A DNA stretch of 64,000 nucleotides from Octopus sinensis (GCF_006345805.1 NC_043011.1:62446464-62510463); one strand, 5' to 3'. Shown: positions 36,840-51,326, counted from the stretch's first letter. Notes: generated by a model not told the origin, from the letters alone. Numbers and translations: made by a program.

Positions 36840-38010
36840 TCCTATCGTCATCGTAAATTCATGATGGTTCGGTCATCGTCCGGAACAACAAGGACCACGC
36901 TACCCAGTGGAGAACCAGACTGGGGTCGAAAAGTCTGCTGCTTGAACCAACTCTCAAAAAAAAAAAAGCGATCTTCCAGGGAACCAGAACCTGGATAACC
37001 CTAACCCTAGAACTGTACTGACGCCACCAAAAACATTACCGAAAGCAAAACGCATAAAACGAACCAGAGAGGATTATAGAGGTGTGTTGAAAGCTTTCTA
37101 TGCAGCCCAACTAAACCCAAACAATGAGCTCATTGTACAAATATACACTTCATGGAGGAACTCAGTAGGCAACGAAGTACGCAGATATATAGACGCAAAT
37201 AAATTAAGTAATGTACATAGAGGCATCATTAAAAATAAAAGGTTAACTGACGCTCTAATTAGACAAATTAGAACACAAATATCTCATGGTAGACCAAATG
37301 GAAACAGCAACAATGCAGATGAAATAGATAGCAGATGCACAGAACCCAGTGTACGAGCAGTACATCCCAACGAGGAAGCTGGAGAAAAAATAGCGAAGAA
37401 CAGATATGCGGAGAAAGTGAAGAATGAAAACCTACCACAAGAATACCTGAATAGGTATGACGTAGAATTTGAGGTGAACAATAAAGAGAAGATCTTAGAA
37501 GCAACAGAAGATATGAGAGAACACAGCAAGGCTGAGTCTACTGACAGGATCAATAGTGAACCGATACCAAAATTCTCAAATAGCATAAAAACAACACAAT
37601 TATAATATATTATAATGTTGCTCTTAGATCTTAAGCAATAAGGGAAATGGTCCAACAACCTGATATAATTTCATCCATTTCACTGCTAAAGTTGTAAGTG
37701 ATATTAGGAGGATAACAAAAGGACCAGCCATGTCAATAGACCTCCTGGGTGGAAAGTAGCAATGCAGTAAGAGATCGAACTTTTGCAAATGGATGTATCA
37801 GTTCTCGATGGACATGATAGAGTATATGTTGAGACGAAACGAGGTATAAAAATTAAGCAAAAATATAGAAGCAAAGATTTTATAAACCTCCCAGCAACCA
37901 AGGAAAAATTGAAACAATGAATATGAGAGAAAGCCCGACGGCTGAGAAGGAAGGACAAAAGAGAATCAAATTTTATCGACAAAAGAAGATATTCAAGCAT
38001 GCAACATATT
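36840..38010 (+). pseudogene. R4/Dong-type LINE N-terminal (pre-RT) region, heavily decayed; 5' boundary approximate
   Basis: RIKRTREDYRGVLKAFY.., PPGWK.., KEKLKQ..KARRLRR motifs; many stops. Confidence 0.6.
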
Positions 38011-38111
38011 CAAGTAAACAAGTAGAAGAAGAAGAAGTAGTAGTAGCAGAAGAAGGAGAAGAAGAAGAACAACAACAACAAAACAACAACAACAACAATA
38101 ATAATAATAAC

Positions 38112-38143
<32 letters not shown>

Positions 38144-38172
38144 TAACAATAATAATAATAATAATAATAATA

Positions 38173-38215
<43 letters not shown>

Positions 38216-38216
<1 letters not shown>

Positions 38217-39248
38217 CAAAAAACTGTTCTCAGTATTTAAGGAAGCTGACAAATACAAACAAGAAATCATACCACCTAATAAACACAAAGAAGAAGAAGA
38301 AGATGATGAAGAAACAACAAAAGCTATAAAACAAATGAAATCCAAACTAAAAATAGAACAGCAACGAGCCATGATAAAACGATGGCAAGAAAAGCCCCTT
38401 CATGGTAAATACTGCACTAAACTAAGCGGAAAAGAAATAGACAAAGAAAAATCCCAGCAATGGTTGAGAAGCTCAGGACTCAAAGCAGAAACAGAGGGAT
38501 TTTTAATTGCAGCACAAGACCAAAGCCTCCCCACCAGAAATTACCAAAAACATGTAATGAAAAGAAATATTACAAGTAACTGCAGAATATGTGGAGATGG
38601 ACAAAAAACAATAAATCATATTATCTCTAGCTGCCCAGTCCTGGCTAAGAAGGAATATATTCACAGACATGACAGAGTTGGAACCTACATACATTGGAAG
38701 CTATGCCAACATTATGGAAAACAACAGAAAAAAGATGGTATAGGCACACACCAGAAAAGGTCACAGAAAACGAGAAAGCAACCATACTCTGGGATATGCC
38801 GATACACAAAGATAGAGAAATTAAGGCCAACAGACCAGATATAGTTGTCAGAGATCATGAAGAAAAAAAATGCTTTCTAATTGATGTATCAATACCGGCA
38901 GATGACAACGTGTCTCTGAAAGAAATGGAGAAACTCTCAAAATACAAAGACCTGGAAATAGAGATGACTAGAATGTGGAACCTGAAAACAGAAACAATTC
39001 CTATCATAGTAGGTGCATTAGGCATGATAAAAAAATATTCAGACAAATACATAACAAAACACCAGGACTTACAAACACATATAACATACAGAAAATTGCA
39101 CTACTAGGCACTGCACACATCCTACGCAGAACACTTTCCATACATAAACCATCAGAGCATCACAACAAATCACAGCACATACCCAAGGCACACAGAGCTG
39201 CGCTCGGTAGTGAAGTGAAAGCACGCTATAAAAATAAAACTACTGAAT
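38216..39248 (+). pseudogene. R4/Dong subfamily A 3' part (zinc finger, REL, 3' UTR)
   Basis: Highly similar to 15600-16699; one frameshift near 38715. Confidence 0.9.
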
Positions 39249-39279
39249 GATAATAATAATAATAATAATAATAGTAATA

Positions 39280-39321
<42 letters not shown>

Positions 39322-39355
39322 GTAATAATAATAATAATAATGATAATAATAATAA

Positions 39356-39767
39356 GTGCCCTGATGCAGTACCAAGCAGTGACCTTAGTAGCTTCCCATC
39401 TTAACAGATGTACATTGTTTTGTCTTAGTATAAAAGACGGGCTACAATAAATAGCCATGTGTTGAGAGGAATTCTTTGGGGTTTGGATAATGTACCTCTA
39501 GAAACATGGGTGTTTCGTTCAACATCCTTAAACAATAGGACCTTTTGGACGGGTTGGTCTACTTGACCTGAAGAAAATTCTAACCGGGCCCCATCTGCAA
39601 GGTCATGCGCTGTTAATTTTGATATGAGATCACTATGTCGATCACGAATGGTTGTGATGAATGTGCCTCGTGTACCTTTATCAGACGGGTAATCATGATA
39701 TACTGTAATCATGCTTCGTATATTTTACCCCAGTTTCACTTTGATGGCCTGCGCTACTCTCTCACTC
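39356..39767 (-). mobile_element. (TTA)n-tailed non-coding retroposon copy
   Basis: gtgccctgatgcagtacc end; similarity to other copies. Confidence 0.7.
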
Positions 39768-40134
39768 AATAATGACAATAATTTGTTACCAAAGAAACCT
39801 GAATCAAGAATATCAAAAACCTAACTGAAGATATACACTACCACTGCCACCATGAACACCACCGTTACCTCACTGCCACCATCTCGACCTTCACCACCTT
39901 CGTCATCATCATCAATGTTACTCGCCCATTACCATACCCCCCACCACTACCACCACCACCACCACCACCACCACCAACGCCAATTGATTCGTTCTCTTCC
40001 GTTTGCAGACGCTTGACAGGCTGGTTGGCTGGCTGGTCGGTTGGTAATGTAGTTTTGAAGCTGTTCGTCTTCCTAAAGGAGACAAAAAAAAAGTATTCAA
40101 GAAACTTCAAATCAAATCACACAGACACACAGAC

Positions 40135-40165
<31 letters not shown>

Positions 40166-40364
40166 CATGCAACAGATGCACATATGTATGTGCCTGTCCA
40201 TAGGTATGTACAAGTAAAACAAAGGAAAGAAAAAATATATTAATGAATAAAGAGAAAAAAATCTTCCTAAATAATTCTGATATGCCATATAACGAATTCT
40301 TTGTCTTGCTTACTTCAATTTTCGCACGCACACACACAGACACAAACACAAACACACACACACA

Positions 40365-40403
<39 letters not shown>

Positions 40404-40474
40404 TACACACCATATAAACATATATATATGTGTGCGTATATGTGTATATATATGTGTGTATTATATATATAATG

Positions 40475-40505
<31 letters not shown>

Positions 40506-40605
40506 TATATATATGCGTACGCATGCACACAACACATTCTTTTTTCTTGCCTGACGATATTCATTTAGTTTTTGCGGATCATCATCATCATCATCCTCAT
40601 TATTA

Positions 40606-40665
<60 letters not shown>

Positions 40666-40737
40666 CATTATATTATTATTATTATTATCATTATTATTAT
40701 TATTATTAATAATATTATTATTAGTTCTCTTCCTGAT

Positions 40738-40935
40738 AGGGCGGTGAGTTGGTAAAATGGTTAGCACGCTGAACGAGATGCTTAGCAGTATTTCACCCGT
40801 CTGAGTTCGAATTCCGCCGAGATCAATTTTGCTTTCATCCTTTCCGGGTCGATTAAATAAGTACCAGTTACGTACTGGGGTCGATTTAATCGACTTAATC
40901 CCTTCAGACAAGCTGCCCTCGTAGCAAAATTTGAA
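40738..40935 (+). mobile_element. SINE family B
   Basis: ggcggtgagttggtaaaatggttagc..gagttcgaattccgccgag. Confidence 0.75.
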
Positions 40936-41056
40936 ATCACTATTACATCTCTTCCTGTCTAATTTATTTCGTCTAATTTAATATTCAATATGTTTTTCGC
41001 TGGAATCCAATTTTGGAGTCATCGAAAATAGAAATGCAAAGATCCTATAGGATTTT

Positions 41057-41480
41057 ATGGTTCATGAGATAGAAAATAGGAAACCAGACATAGTATTAAT
41101 TAAGAAAGAAAGCAAACAATGCTGGATCATAGATATAGCATGCCCAGCTGACAACAAGGTATGCAATAAGGAAGAAAGAAAAGTCGAGAGATATAACAGG
41201 TTAGCTTGGGAGGTTAAGCAGTTGTGGTCGATGAAAAAGGTGGTAGTAGTACCAATAATTGTCGGAGCCCTTAGAACAGTGATCAAAAATATTGAGAATT
41301 ACATGGAACAAATATGGGCTGCAATAAGGGTGGAACACTTGCAGAAAACAGCACTGCTTGAAAGCGCTCGAATCCTCCGGATGGTGCTCGAAAGATAAGG
41401 AATGTTACCTTAGTTCATTGGTTAGGACCAGCTGGTACCGTAGTACATCTCCAGATTTAGAAGCTGTGCAAAGAAAATAG
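41057..41480 (+). pseudogene. R4/Dong-type REL endonuclease 3' fragment (third subfamily)
   Basis: RKPDIV..IIDIACPAD..KEERKVERY..L..E..VPIIVGAL..LQKTALL; (TAA)n after 3' end. Confidence 0.85.
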
Positions 41481-42130
41481 ATAATAATGATAATAATAAT
41501 TATATGCTTAACAATAAGATGCACTACATTTACCAAAACCCGAAAAATTGGAGCAAGATTTTTGTGTTTGAATGAAATTCAACGAACGAAACTCTTTCAA
41601 AAAATTTTGTAATTAACTTATTCTGTTTGGCTCAACAAGTCTAGAAGCACAATGAAAATTCTTCTAATATACTCTTAAATGAATTCTTCATTTGGAAGTC
41701 ATAAAAACATAAGCTCTTAAAATCCTTACCAAGTCTCTCGGCAGAAGTTTGCGATATAATCCTTACAATTTCCTTCACTCCGTTGGCTGCATATCTGTTA
41801 TATATACATACATGCATACACCCCCCCCCCCCGCACACACACACACACATACATACATTTATATATAGATATATATAGATACACCTACGTATGTATTTAT
41901 ATAATTCCCTACAGCGATGTTCATGTCGGAATAGGGAATTACAAAGGGTCCCATTGAAAGGAATAGTGAATAGGTTTTATATGTTATGCTGCAGACGATG
42001 TATGCATGGATGCAGCTTCGATATCGTTAGTAAATGAGTGACAATAAACGGAGATTGAAGAGAGGTTGGGGGGGGGGATGTAGAAAGAAACGTTGAGAGG
42101 ACGGAAGGAAAGAAAAAGAAAGGAAAACGT

Positions 42131-42230
42131 NNNNNNNNNNNNNNNNNNNNNNNNNNNNNNNNNNNNNNNNNNNNNNNNNNNNNNNNNNNNNNNNNNNNNN
42201 NNNNNNNNNNNNNNNNNNNNNNNNNNNNNN
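42131..42230. other. Assembly gap (100 N)
   Basis: Direct reading. Confidence 1.
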
Positions 42231-42745
42231 ATTATATCATGGTGTGTGCGTACGCGTAATATACTTCTTTCTGCCATTCATCTAATGTCAGAAAGAACGA
42301 AAAACTGTAAAATTGAAATGCCTCATACAAAAGAAATTCTACGTTGAAGTATCTTTTGCATGCAAACTACCAACATAATACATTAGAAAAAAAAAGTTCT
42401 TTTTTGTTTTGTTTTGTTTGCGATAATTCTTTACATCTTTATTTATCTATCCAGGAATATGGGGCAGAAGCAACGAACTCTAATGCATTAAAGGCAAGGA
42501 GAGCGCTGTATGTTTGTATGACTGTATACACAGACACACACACACACGTGCGCAAAAAGACACATCCACAAAGAAACACACACATACACACAGACACACA
42601 GACACACACACACACAGACACACACTTATATATGTGTGTATGTGTGTGCACGTTTACTGTCGTTTACTAACTGGTTTCGATCCATTTTTCTGAGAAGATT
42701 TAGAGATGTACTGCATGTTTCGTGTATTTATTTTCATAGAGCTGT

Positions 42746-42813
<68 letters not shown>

Positions 42814-43119
42814 ACACACACACAAATATATATATATTTGCACATAGAATGTATACATACCTACCTACCTACATGCATGCATACCTACATATGTATATTG
42901 TTATTTGTGCGTATGTGTGTGTGTGTGTGTGTGTGTGTGAGTGTGTGTGTGTGAGTGTGTGCGTGTGTGTTAAAATTATTTCGAAATGCATAGCTCAGTT
43001 TTCGTTTCCTTATTTCCATATTTTTTTTATTTTCTACGAACGTAGGAAAAATATAAAAGAATTTCATGATGCTGATGATGAAGATGACGCTAATATTAAC
43101 AGCATCAATAATGATGAAG

Positions 43120-43180
<61 letters not shown>

Positions 43181-43635
43181 TATAATAATAGCATGATGAT
43201 GATGATGATGATGATGATAATTGAAGCAGCAACAAAAACAACCGTGAGAATAAGAATAATATCTGCATTGGGAATTATCTGAAAAGAAGCGAGCAAATAC
43301 TAAGCGAAAAGTTGAGGACTTGCTTAACGTTTCAATGTGGACCTATTTCATAAACTACTATTTCCTATACGATGCTTATAAACATGTATCTATGTATATA
43401 TATGTGTATGTATGTATGTATGTATGTATGTATGTATGTATGTATGTATCTATCTATCTATCTATCTATCTATCTCTCTCTATATATATATGTGTGTTTA
43501 TATCTATATCTATATATATATAATATATATATAGTTAATCCAACAAGAAACAGAAAAAAGAGAGAAAAAAACACAGCAACGCAGACGTGGAACAATTAAA
43601 AGTATTATTGACGCTCAGGAAAGAAGGGAAGGAGG

Positions 43636-43670
43636 GCTTAACATTTCGAGCGGAGCTCTTCGTCGGAAAC
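43636..43670 (-). ncRNA. Degenerate hammerhead-like motif in a PLE-type repeat end
   Basis: Reverse complement CCGACGA-a-gagc tcc gctc-GAAA-tgtta. Confidence 0.5.
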
Positions 43671-43823
43671 AGGAGAAGGAAAGATCCAGAGAAGGGAAGA
43701 CAGAGGAAAAATATTTGAGCTGGTGGTGCTCAAGAGATCACATGTATATATTCCTATTTATATATAGATATAATACATACATATATTTATATATACATAC
43801 ATATATATATATACACACACACA

Positions 43824-43854
<31 letters not shown>

Positions 43855-44153
43855 TATATATATATATGTAAATATATATATAGTTTAGGCGCACTCGGCT
43901 CACGATCGTATGGTCGTGAGTTCAATTCCCGTCGACGCTTTGTCTCCTTGGGCAAGACACTTATTTCACGTTGCTTCAGTCCACCTACCTGGCAAGAATG
44001 AAGAGTGCAAACACAAAAACACAAATCATGGCACAAGCAAGACTTCTGATGAATGTACAAGACTTCCGGACCCAAAGGCCTCGAACGCTCAAAACTTTTC
44101 ATACACCCCTCGTGTATATATATATATATATACATACATACATACGTACATAC

Positions 44154-44184
<31 letters not shown>

Positions 44185-46089
44185 TATATTATTGTCCAAA
44201 ATCAAAGAGTAGGAGCAGGACAGAGTAAGAGAAATAGTAGTATAAGTAAAGAGGAGGAGAGAAAATAGTAATTCAGTGAAGGAGAAGTAGTGAGAGTAAT
44301 AGCCTTGACTGAGAGGGAGTGAGAGAAAGTAATAGCAATGAGGGAAAGGAAGTGGCAAAGAGCGCGTCGTTTATCTTGTTTTTTCTCCCTCACAACATAT
44401 GAATGAGAAAGGAAGGGGCGGAAAACAATCAGCCTTTCAACTCTTTGTGAGTATATGTGTGTGTGCCTGTAAAAGGGAGATATGTGACTGTTTGTATGTA
44501 TGTATGTATGTATGTGTGTGCGCGCGTGCAATGGAAATGGGATGGTGAACGTTTAGCGCTAGAAAGAAAAAATTGAACTTTGTTTATGTGTGTGTATGTG
44601 TATGCAGGTACAAGGGAAGTATGTGGATGTTTGTATCTGTCATTATTTTGTACCTTATTTTATATATAAAATATTACAAGTAGCCGTCATTTTGACGGCA
44701 CAAGGTCAGTCAGTTAAGTAATAAGACCTCTGGTTAGATAATAGCGAGGCTACCCGTGGAACACGAATTCACATCTTTTGTAAAGATGATAGACGTTCTA
44801 AAACTGGACGAAAACAAACCTTTGAATTTCTAGATCCTGGAACTTTATTCTTACTAGACAGAGGCAACATCGTATGTTTTTGACATCATAGGAATATATA
44901 AACTTCGAGTGAGCGTGAAATAATTCTTTTTTTTTTAACGTTGTGATATAGAAGCAGATAATGCTGTGAACAATAACGTATAAATACTGGTTTCAAATAC
45001 CCTTGGGTTGAAAACGTCGAAATATTCATATAAAAGTTTAGTAGTAATTAACTGGCAGACTTTGGCTGATGAGAAATCAGGCACCTATTTGGCGCTAAAT
45101 TTCGAAACCGGTACTAAGTTGACCAACATTACTTGTTCTGACCCAGTAGAGGTGAGAGGTTATTATTGTTCACTGAATTTTTTTCCTATCATATCTGTAG
45201 TAAATTTGTGACTATTCGGTGGCACGGAATTATTTTTGACTTCTATTTTTTAGCGATGTAGGTGCTCATATAATGCCCTTGTGTATATATGTACGTAACT
45301 AACATTGTATGTATATATTTTATTAATTTGCCTGTACGACTGATAATTCGCTTGCCACTCGTGATGGTGTGTTAATAATAACATCCCTATATTTATTCAA
45401 ATAAGTTATGTAGAAAATTTAAACGTATAGAAATATAATTCCCTATAAAACAAATAAAATGTCCAAATGGATGACAACCGCCATCTCGGGAGAATCCGAT
45501 CATCGCCCCTTCCCGAACGTAGCATCTTCGCAGAAATGAAACAGTGGTTGGTTCTCTATTTCGTATTAATTGTCTCAGATGTAGCGATCTTTCATTAAAT
45601 CCTCTTCACCACAAGCAAAAAAAAAAAAAAAAAAAAACCGGCTTTTCTGCGGATCAGTTCAATGTCTTTTTAAAACGTAGATCTGATTGACACATTCTGG
45701 AATTCATATTTCTCAGTTCCAGCTTCGTTGCTGCTTCTTTCTAAATTCCATCTCCACGGTGCCATACGTTGACAGTATCTACTGCTTCGTTCGCTATGAG
45801 AGAATTCTGTGACGATTCCTTTCCTGTTTGGCCAATGGTGTTGATGGTGAGGGACCTACTTATGCAAACCGTTCGCGCGATCTCACCATGATATTTTATC
45901 GCATTTAAGAGTTGTCTTATCTTTGTCTATAAGGCACACATTTGATATTTTAAAGGTCACAGCCCTGTAATGAAAGAAACACCGTAAAATCTCCGACACT
46001 TTTTACAGTCGTGCCCAAAAGTTTGCAACATGAATAAAAAATTGAAATTGTCATGTCCAAGAACAATTCGATTCAATAGAGTTCTATAT

Positions 46090-46355
46090 TCAAGAGATGA
46101 GTAATTATGTACATTATTCACATTATTTAAATTTGACGATCATTGGAGACCACATTCCCATGTGGGATGAAGTTAAAACAATAGACAGAGAACACCACGG
46201 GAAAATACGAAAACTAAAAGAAGCAGCACATATGCTAGGACACAGCAACCTCCTAAGCAGACCCAGTGCAGGTATGAGCAGCATATGGGAACCGGTATTA
46301 AGGAAGGATAGGGAAATATTAGATTTATAATCCCTAAAATTCCTTCCATAATCAC
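46090..46355 (+). pseudogene. PLE GIY-YIG endonuclease C-terminal fragment
   Basis: GDHIPMWDEVKTIDREHHGKIRKLKEAAHM..LLSRPS..SIWEPVL. Confidence 0.6.
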
Positions 46356-46356
46356 C

Positions 46357-46435
46357 TACGGGCATATGGCCTAGTGGTTAAGAGCGCCGGCTACTAACCC
46401 GAAGACTCCGAGTTCGAAACCAAACAGTGACCTGA
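46357..46435 (+). mobile_element. Short tRNA-like SINE (family D) with (TAA)n tail
   Basis: tggcctagtggtt A box, gagttcgaaacc B box; related copy at 52457-52532. Confidence 0.65.
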
Positions 46436-46881
46436 ATAATAATAATAATAATAATAATACATACACACATATATGAGTGTGTGTGAATAAAAGATAGTGT
46501 TTATTTCTTCTTCTTGTTGATACCATAGCTGTTGCTGTGCTTTTGGTTGGTCTCGTGGTTAAGTTACTATTATTATCGTACTTTGCTGTCAACATGGACC
46601 AAAGCCATCGACGCCGGTGTCATTGTTCAAAGTGTTTTTGTTCTCATTGTTGTCAGGAGATTGTTTCCGATATTTCGCAAGGAAATTCTCAATTCAAATT
46701 CAAATAACAACTGTTCAAACAAAAACACCTTGCTTTCGTTGACTACAGGAAAAAACAACAACATAGTAATAATAATATAATAATAATAATCATAATAATT
46801 TTTTCAAAGCGGAGGAAAAAAATTTTAATCTAACACGAGTTTAAAATAATTCCCAAACAAAATAAATACAGAAAACGCGCG

Positions 46882-46930
<49 letters not shown>

Positions 46931-47169
46931 GCACAATAAGTTCTACCTCGGTGTTGTAACAACCATGTCTTTTCACTGATAATCTACAATCAGACAATAG
47001 AATAACTTATTAGGTCAGACACAGACATGACGATGGAGAAAAAACAAAACCAAAAAAAAAAGAAACAAAATGAAACAAAATAATAAAATAATAATAATAA
47101 CAAACAAAATGAACAACAGAACCAATAAACGAGAAAGCTGTGGGGAAATTTACGTGAAGTGTAAGCATT

Positions 47170-47204
47170 AAGTCAATAGAAAGATAGGACAGACGTGAAT
47201 GAGT

Positions 47205-47292
<88 letters not shown>

Positions 47293-47357
47293 TAATAATA
47301 TAATAATAATATAATATAATAATAATAATAATAATAATATAATAATAATAACAATAA

Positions 47358-47424
<67 letters not shown>

Positions 47425-47704
47425 TAATAATAATAATAATAATAATAACAACAATAATATAATAATAATAATAATATAATAATAATAATAATAATAATAA
47501 TAAAATAATAATAAATAATAATAATAATAATAATAATAAAATAATAATAATAATAATAATAATAACAACAACAATAATAATAATAATTAATAATAACATA
47601 ATAATAATAATATAATAATAATAATACATAATACTAATAATAATAATAATAATAATACAATAATAATAATAATAATAATAATAATAATCATAATAATAAT
47701 AATA

Positions 47705-47755
<51 letters not shown>

Positions 47756-47785
47756 CAATAATAATAATAATAATAAATAATAATA

Positions 47786-47820
<35 letters not shown>

Positions 47821-47834
47821 TAATAACAATAATA

Positions 47835-47907
<73 letters not shown>

Positions 47908-48145
47908 TAATAATAATATAATAATAATAATAATAATATAATCAGACCACAATCCTCCTACTAATAATAATAATAATATACTAATAATAATAATAATAAT
48001 AATAATAACAACAATAATAATATAATAATAATAATATAATAATAACAATAATAATAATAATAATAAATATAATAATAATAATACAATAATAATAATAATA
48101 CATAATAATCTATAATAATAATAATAATAACAATAATAATAATAC

Positions 48146-48198
<53 letters not shown>

Positions 48199-48199
48199 C

Positions 48200-48254
<55 letters not shown>

Positions 48255-48282
48255 AACTAATAATAATAATAATAATAATAAT
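47170..48282. repeat. ~1.1-kb degenerate (TAA)n array
   Basis: Direct reading. Confidence 0.95.
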
Positions 48283-48284
48283 GC

Positions 48285-48704
48285 TCTTTCTTTTTATTTG
48301 TTTCAGTCATTTGACTGCGGCCATGCTGGAGCACTGCCTTTAGTCGAGAAAATCGATTCCAAGGCTTATTCGCTGTAAGCCTAGTACTTATTTTATTGGT
48401 GATTTTTGCCGAATCGCTAAGTGACGGGAACGTAAATACACCACCATCGATTGTCAAGCGATGTTGTGTGTGTCTGTGTGTGTGTGTGTGTGGGGGGGGG
48501 AAACACAGGCATATAAACACATGCACACACATATAAATCTATGAAGGGCTTCTTTTAGTTTCGGTCTACCAAATCCACTCCCAAGACTTTGGTCGGCTCG
48601 AGGCTGTTGTAGAAGACACTTGCCCAAGATGCCACGCAGTGGGACTGAACCCGGAACCATGTGATTGATATGCAAGCTACTTATCACACAACCACTCCTG
48701 TGCC
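48285..48704 (-). mobile_element. SINE family A, full length
   Basis: Similarity to 3258-3663. Confidence 0.8.
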
Positions 48705-48804
48705 TTAATAATAAAAAATAAAAATAAAATTAAAAATAATAATAAACATAATAATAATAAAAAATGAATAATAATAAACATAATAATAATAATGATAATG
48801 ATAA

Positions 48805-48810
48805 TAGTAA

Positions 48811-48872
<62 letters not shown>

Positions 48873-48878
48873 TAGTAA

Positions 48879-48910
<32 letters not shown>

Positions 48911-48995
48911 ATAATAATAATAATAATAATAATAGTAATAGTAGTAGTAGTAGTAGTAGTAGTTATAATAATAATAATAATAATAATAATAGTAA

Positions 48996-49066
<71 letters not shown>

Positions 49067-49070
49067 GTAA

Positions 49071-49111
<41 letters not shown>

Positions 49112-49137
49112 TAGTAGTAATAATAATAATAATAATA
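48805..49137. repeat. Higher-order (AAT)n(AGT)n compound array
   Basis: Block (aat)n agt aat (agt)n repeated about 4 times. Confidence 0.85.
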
Positions 49138-49362
49138 AGAAGAAGAAGAAGAAGAAGAAGAAGAGGAACAGCAACATCAACCATAACGACGACGACGATA
49201 ATGATGACAATGATGATGATGATGGTCCTTTCTGTATAAGAAAGTATAAGACCTGAACTATTTCAGTGGAGAGCGACTAATCGATTATGGCGATCCCAGT
49301 GCTCAACTGGTACATATTTCATCGACATCATCATCAGCATCACTATCACCACCACCACTACC

Positions 49363-49396
<34 letters not shown>

Positions 49397-49847
49397 TTAC
49401 CATCATCATTAGCATCATCATCATAACGGTGTTGTCATCGTAACCATTATCATGAACATAACACTCTTACTATTGCTGTAACAGCAGCAGCAGCCCTTAT
49501 TACTGCTGCTGCTGCTGTACCTTTTGGTTTTGATGATGTTGCTGTAGTAGTAGTAGTTAGTAGTAGTAGCTGTCGTTGTTGTTGCTGTTGCTGTTGTTGT
49601 TATGAGGCACTCTGCTTTCAACGAAGCCACTTTAATATTTCATTGGCGGAGCCAGAAGTCTGGGTCGTGTATGAGATTTGCTTTCGTTTAGAATCTGCAA
49701 CTTGCAACTGTTGAGGAAAATAAATACAAAAAAATAGAAAACAGGTTGCGTTTCCATTTTTGTGGAATATGTTTCAGGTAGAACAAGGTTAACTACTAAA
49801 GAGATTTGCTATCAAACATTTAGAGTATGGTTAGCAGAAACGACTAT

Positions 49848-50035
49848 GGAGGCACAATGGCTAAGTGGTTAAGGCAGAGGACTCGCGGTCGTATGAACGC
49901 GGTTTCGATTCCCAGATCGGGCATTGTGTGTGTTTATTGAGCAAAAACACCTAAGCTCCACGAGGCTCCGGCGGGCGGTGGGGGTGGAGTGTACTCTTTC
50001 ACTACAACTTTCTCTCACTTTTTTCCTACTTCTAC
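49848..50035 (+). mobile_element. SINE family C head
   Basis: ggaggcacaatggctaagtggttaaggcag..ggtttcgattccc. Confidence 0.8.
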
Positions 50036-50461
50036 CACAAAGCAGAGGAACCATGGTATAACCCACTATGGGGTGGTAAAACCCTTCAGACCCTAGTCTA
50101 GATTGCGAATTCTCTGCACTTCAGGATGTTTCAGCTCTTCACCCGTTAAAAGCCACCGTTTACGGAATGAGGATAACAACGTAGCTTTTGTGCCCGTGCA
50201 ACCGCCAGTCTATCGCGTATGGTGGGTGGATCTTCAAGTTGCCACACGCATTCTTAGTAGCATGGAGTAGGGTCGAATTAAATATTATTCTTTGTGGTTA
50301 ATGGAGTGCGTCCTGATTGGAAAAAGAAGGAAGAAGAAGACAACAACGACGGCGACGAAAAGATAAAAGGAAAAATCAACCACAGTGGAATTCGAACTGA
50401 GAAGGTGAAAACCGACGAAATACCATTAAATACTTTGCCCGGCGTTCTAACGATTCTGCCA

Positions 50462-50670
50462 AGTACCAGGAAGTGGCTCTCACGGCTTTTAGTCTTAACT
50501 GATTCGAAGTGTTATCATCTACTTTGTTTTTTCTTGGTGCAAAAGATGGTCTACAGCAAATATTCTGCACAATACCACAGATTTGCTTGTCAGTTGTTTG
50601 GCCATAAGTATTCGAGCATGTCCTTTGTTGGCTGATAATATGTTCATCTCTGATCATAAGCATAAAAATG
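50462..50670 (-). mobile_element. (TTA)n-tailed retroposon 3' fragment, diverged
   Basis: Similarity to 16728-16930. Confidence 0.6.
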
Positions 50671-51050
50671 AAGCATAAAAATAGTCTGAGAGCTTAATAC
50701 CTGTCTCTTCAAAAACCTGTCTTCTGTAACTTGGAATTCTTCAGTTACAGTATCTTATTTATCAGCGAGAAATGTAATGAAGTAACCAGTTTATTAGTCA
50801 TTCATTACAAGTGCAAAGTGCTAAATGTATATGTATGTATGTGTGTGTGTGTGTGTATGTGTATATATGTATCTATCTATCATTTTCTTTCTCCCTCTCT
50901 CTCTCTCTGTATATATATATATATATATATATAGCAATTAAGGACAACTACTTAATAAGGAAAACTTAACAAGAAATTGTCAGGTAGATAGCGTGAAAAC
51001 CTCATAAGAGAAAAAATTTCGAAAATAATTATTTCTTATTGAACATATTA

Positions 51051-51320
51051 ATTTATATATAGAGGGCATTATACCTACATGCCAGATGGCATTATACATA
51101 CATGCCACACGCTAAGAGGGACAATTAGTCATTTCTACTAAAATATTACTAATCCCACCGAATGCAATTTTTCAAAGTAAGACATTGTCTTACTTTGAAA
51201 AATTGCATTCGGTGGGATTAGTAATATTTTTGGTAGAAATGACTAATTGTCCCTCTTAGCGTGTGGCATGTATGTATAATGCCATCTGGCATGTATGTAT
51301 AATGCCCTCTATATATAAAT
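51051..51320. repeat. 270-bp near-perfect palindrome with a 1-nt loop (51185)
   Basis: Arms differ by 2 substitutions and 1 indel; each arm has an internal tandem ggcattatac(c/a)tacatgcca. Confidence 0.95.
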
Positions 51321-51326
51321 AAATAT

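Noticed and set aside
44041-44115. CTGATGAA followed by a GC-rich stretch as a hammerhead
   Set aside because: No paired stem II closing onto GAAA; the reverse complement acgaggggtgtatgaaaagttt looks more like a mariner TIR fragment.
45480-46030. Degenerate Tc1 fragment (EIARTVCISRS and a cagtcgtgcccaaaagttt TIR-like motif)
   Set aside because: The TIR-like motif and coding remnant have discordant orientations and the similarity is too weak to call.
50995-51040. ctcataa-gaga..tttc-GAAA-ataattat as a hammerhead
   Set aside because: Two core mismatches and no stem I; plausible by chance in AT-rich DNA.
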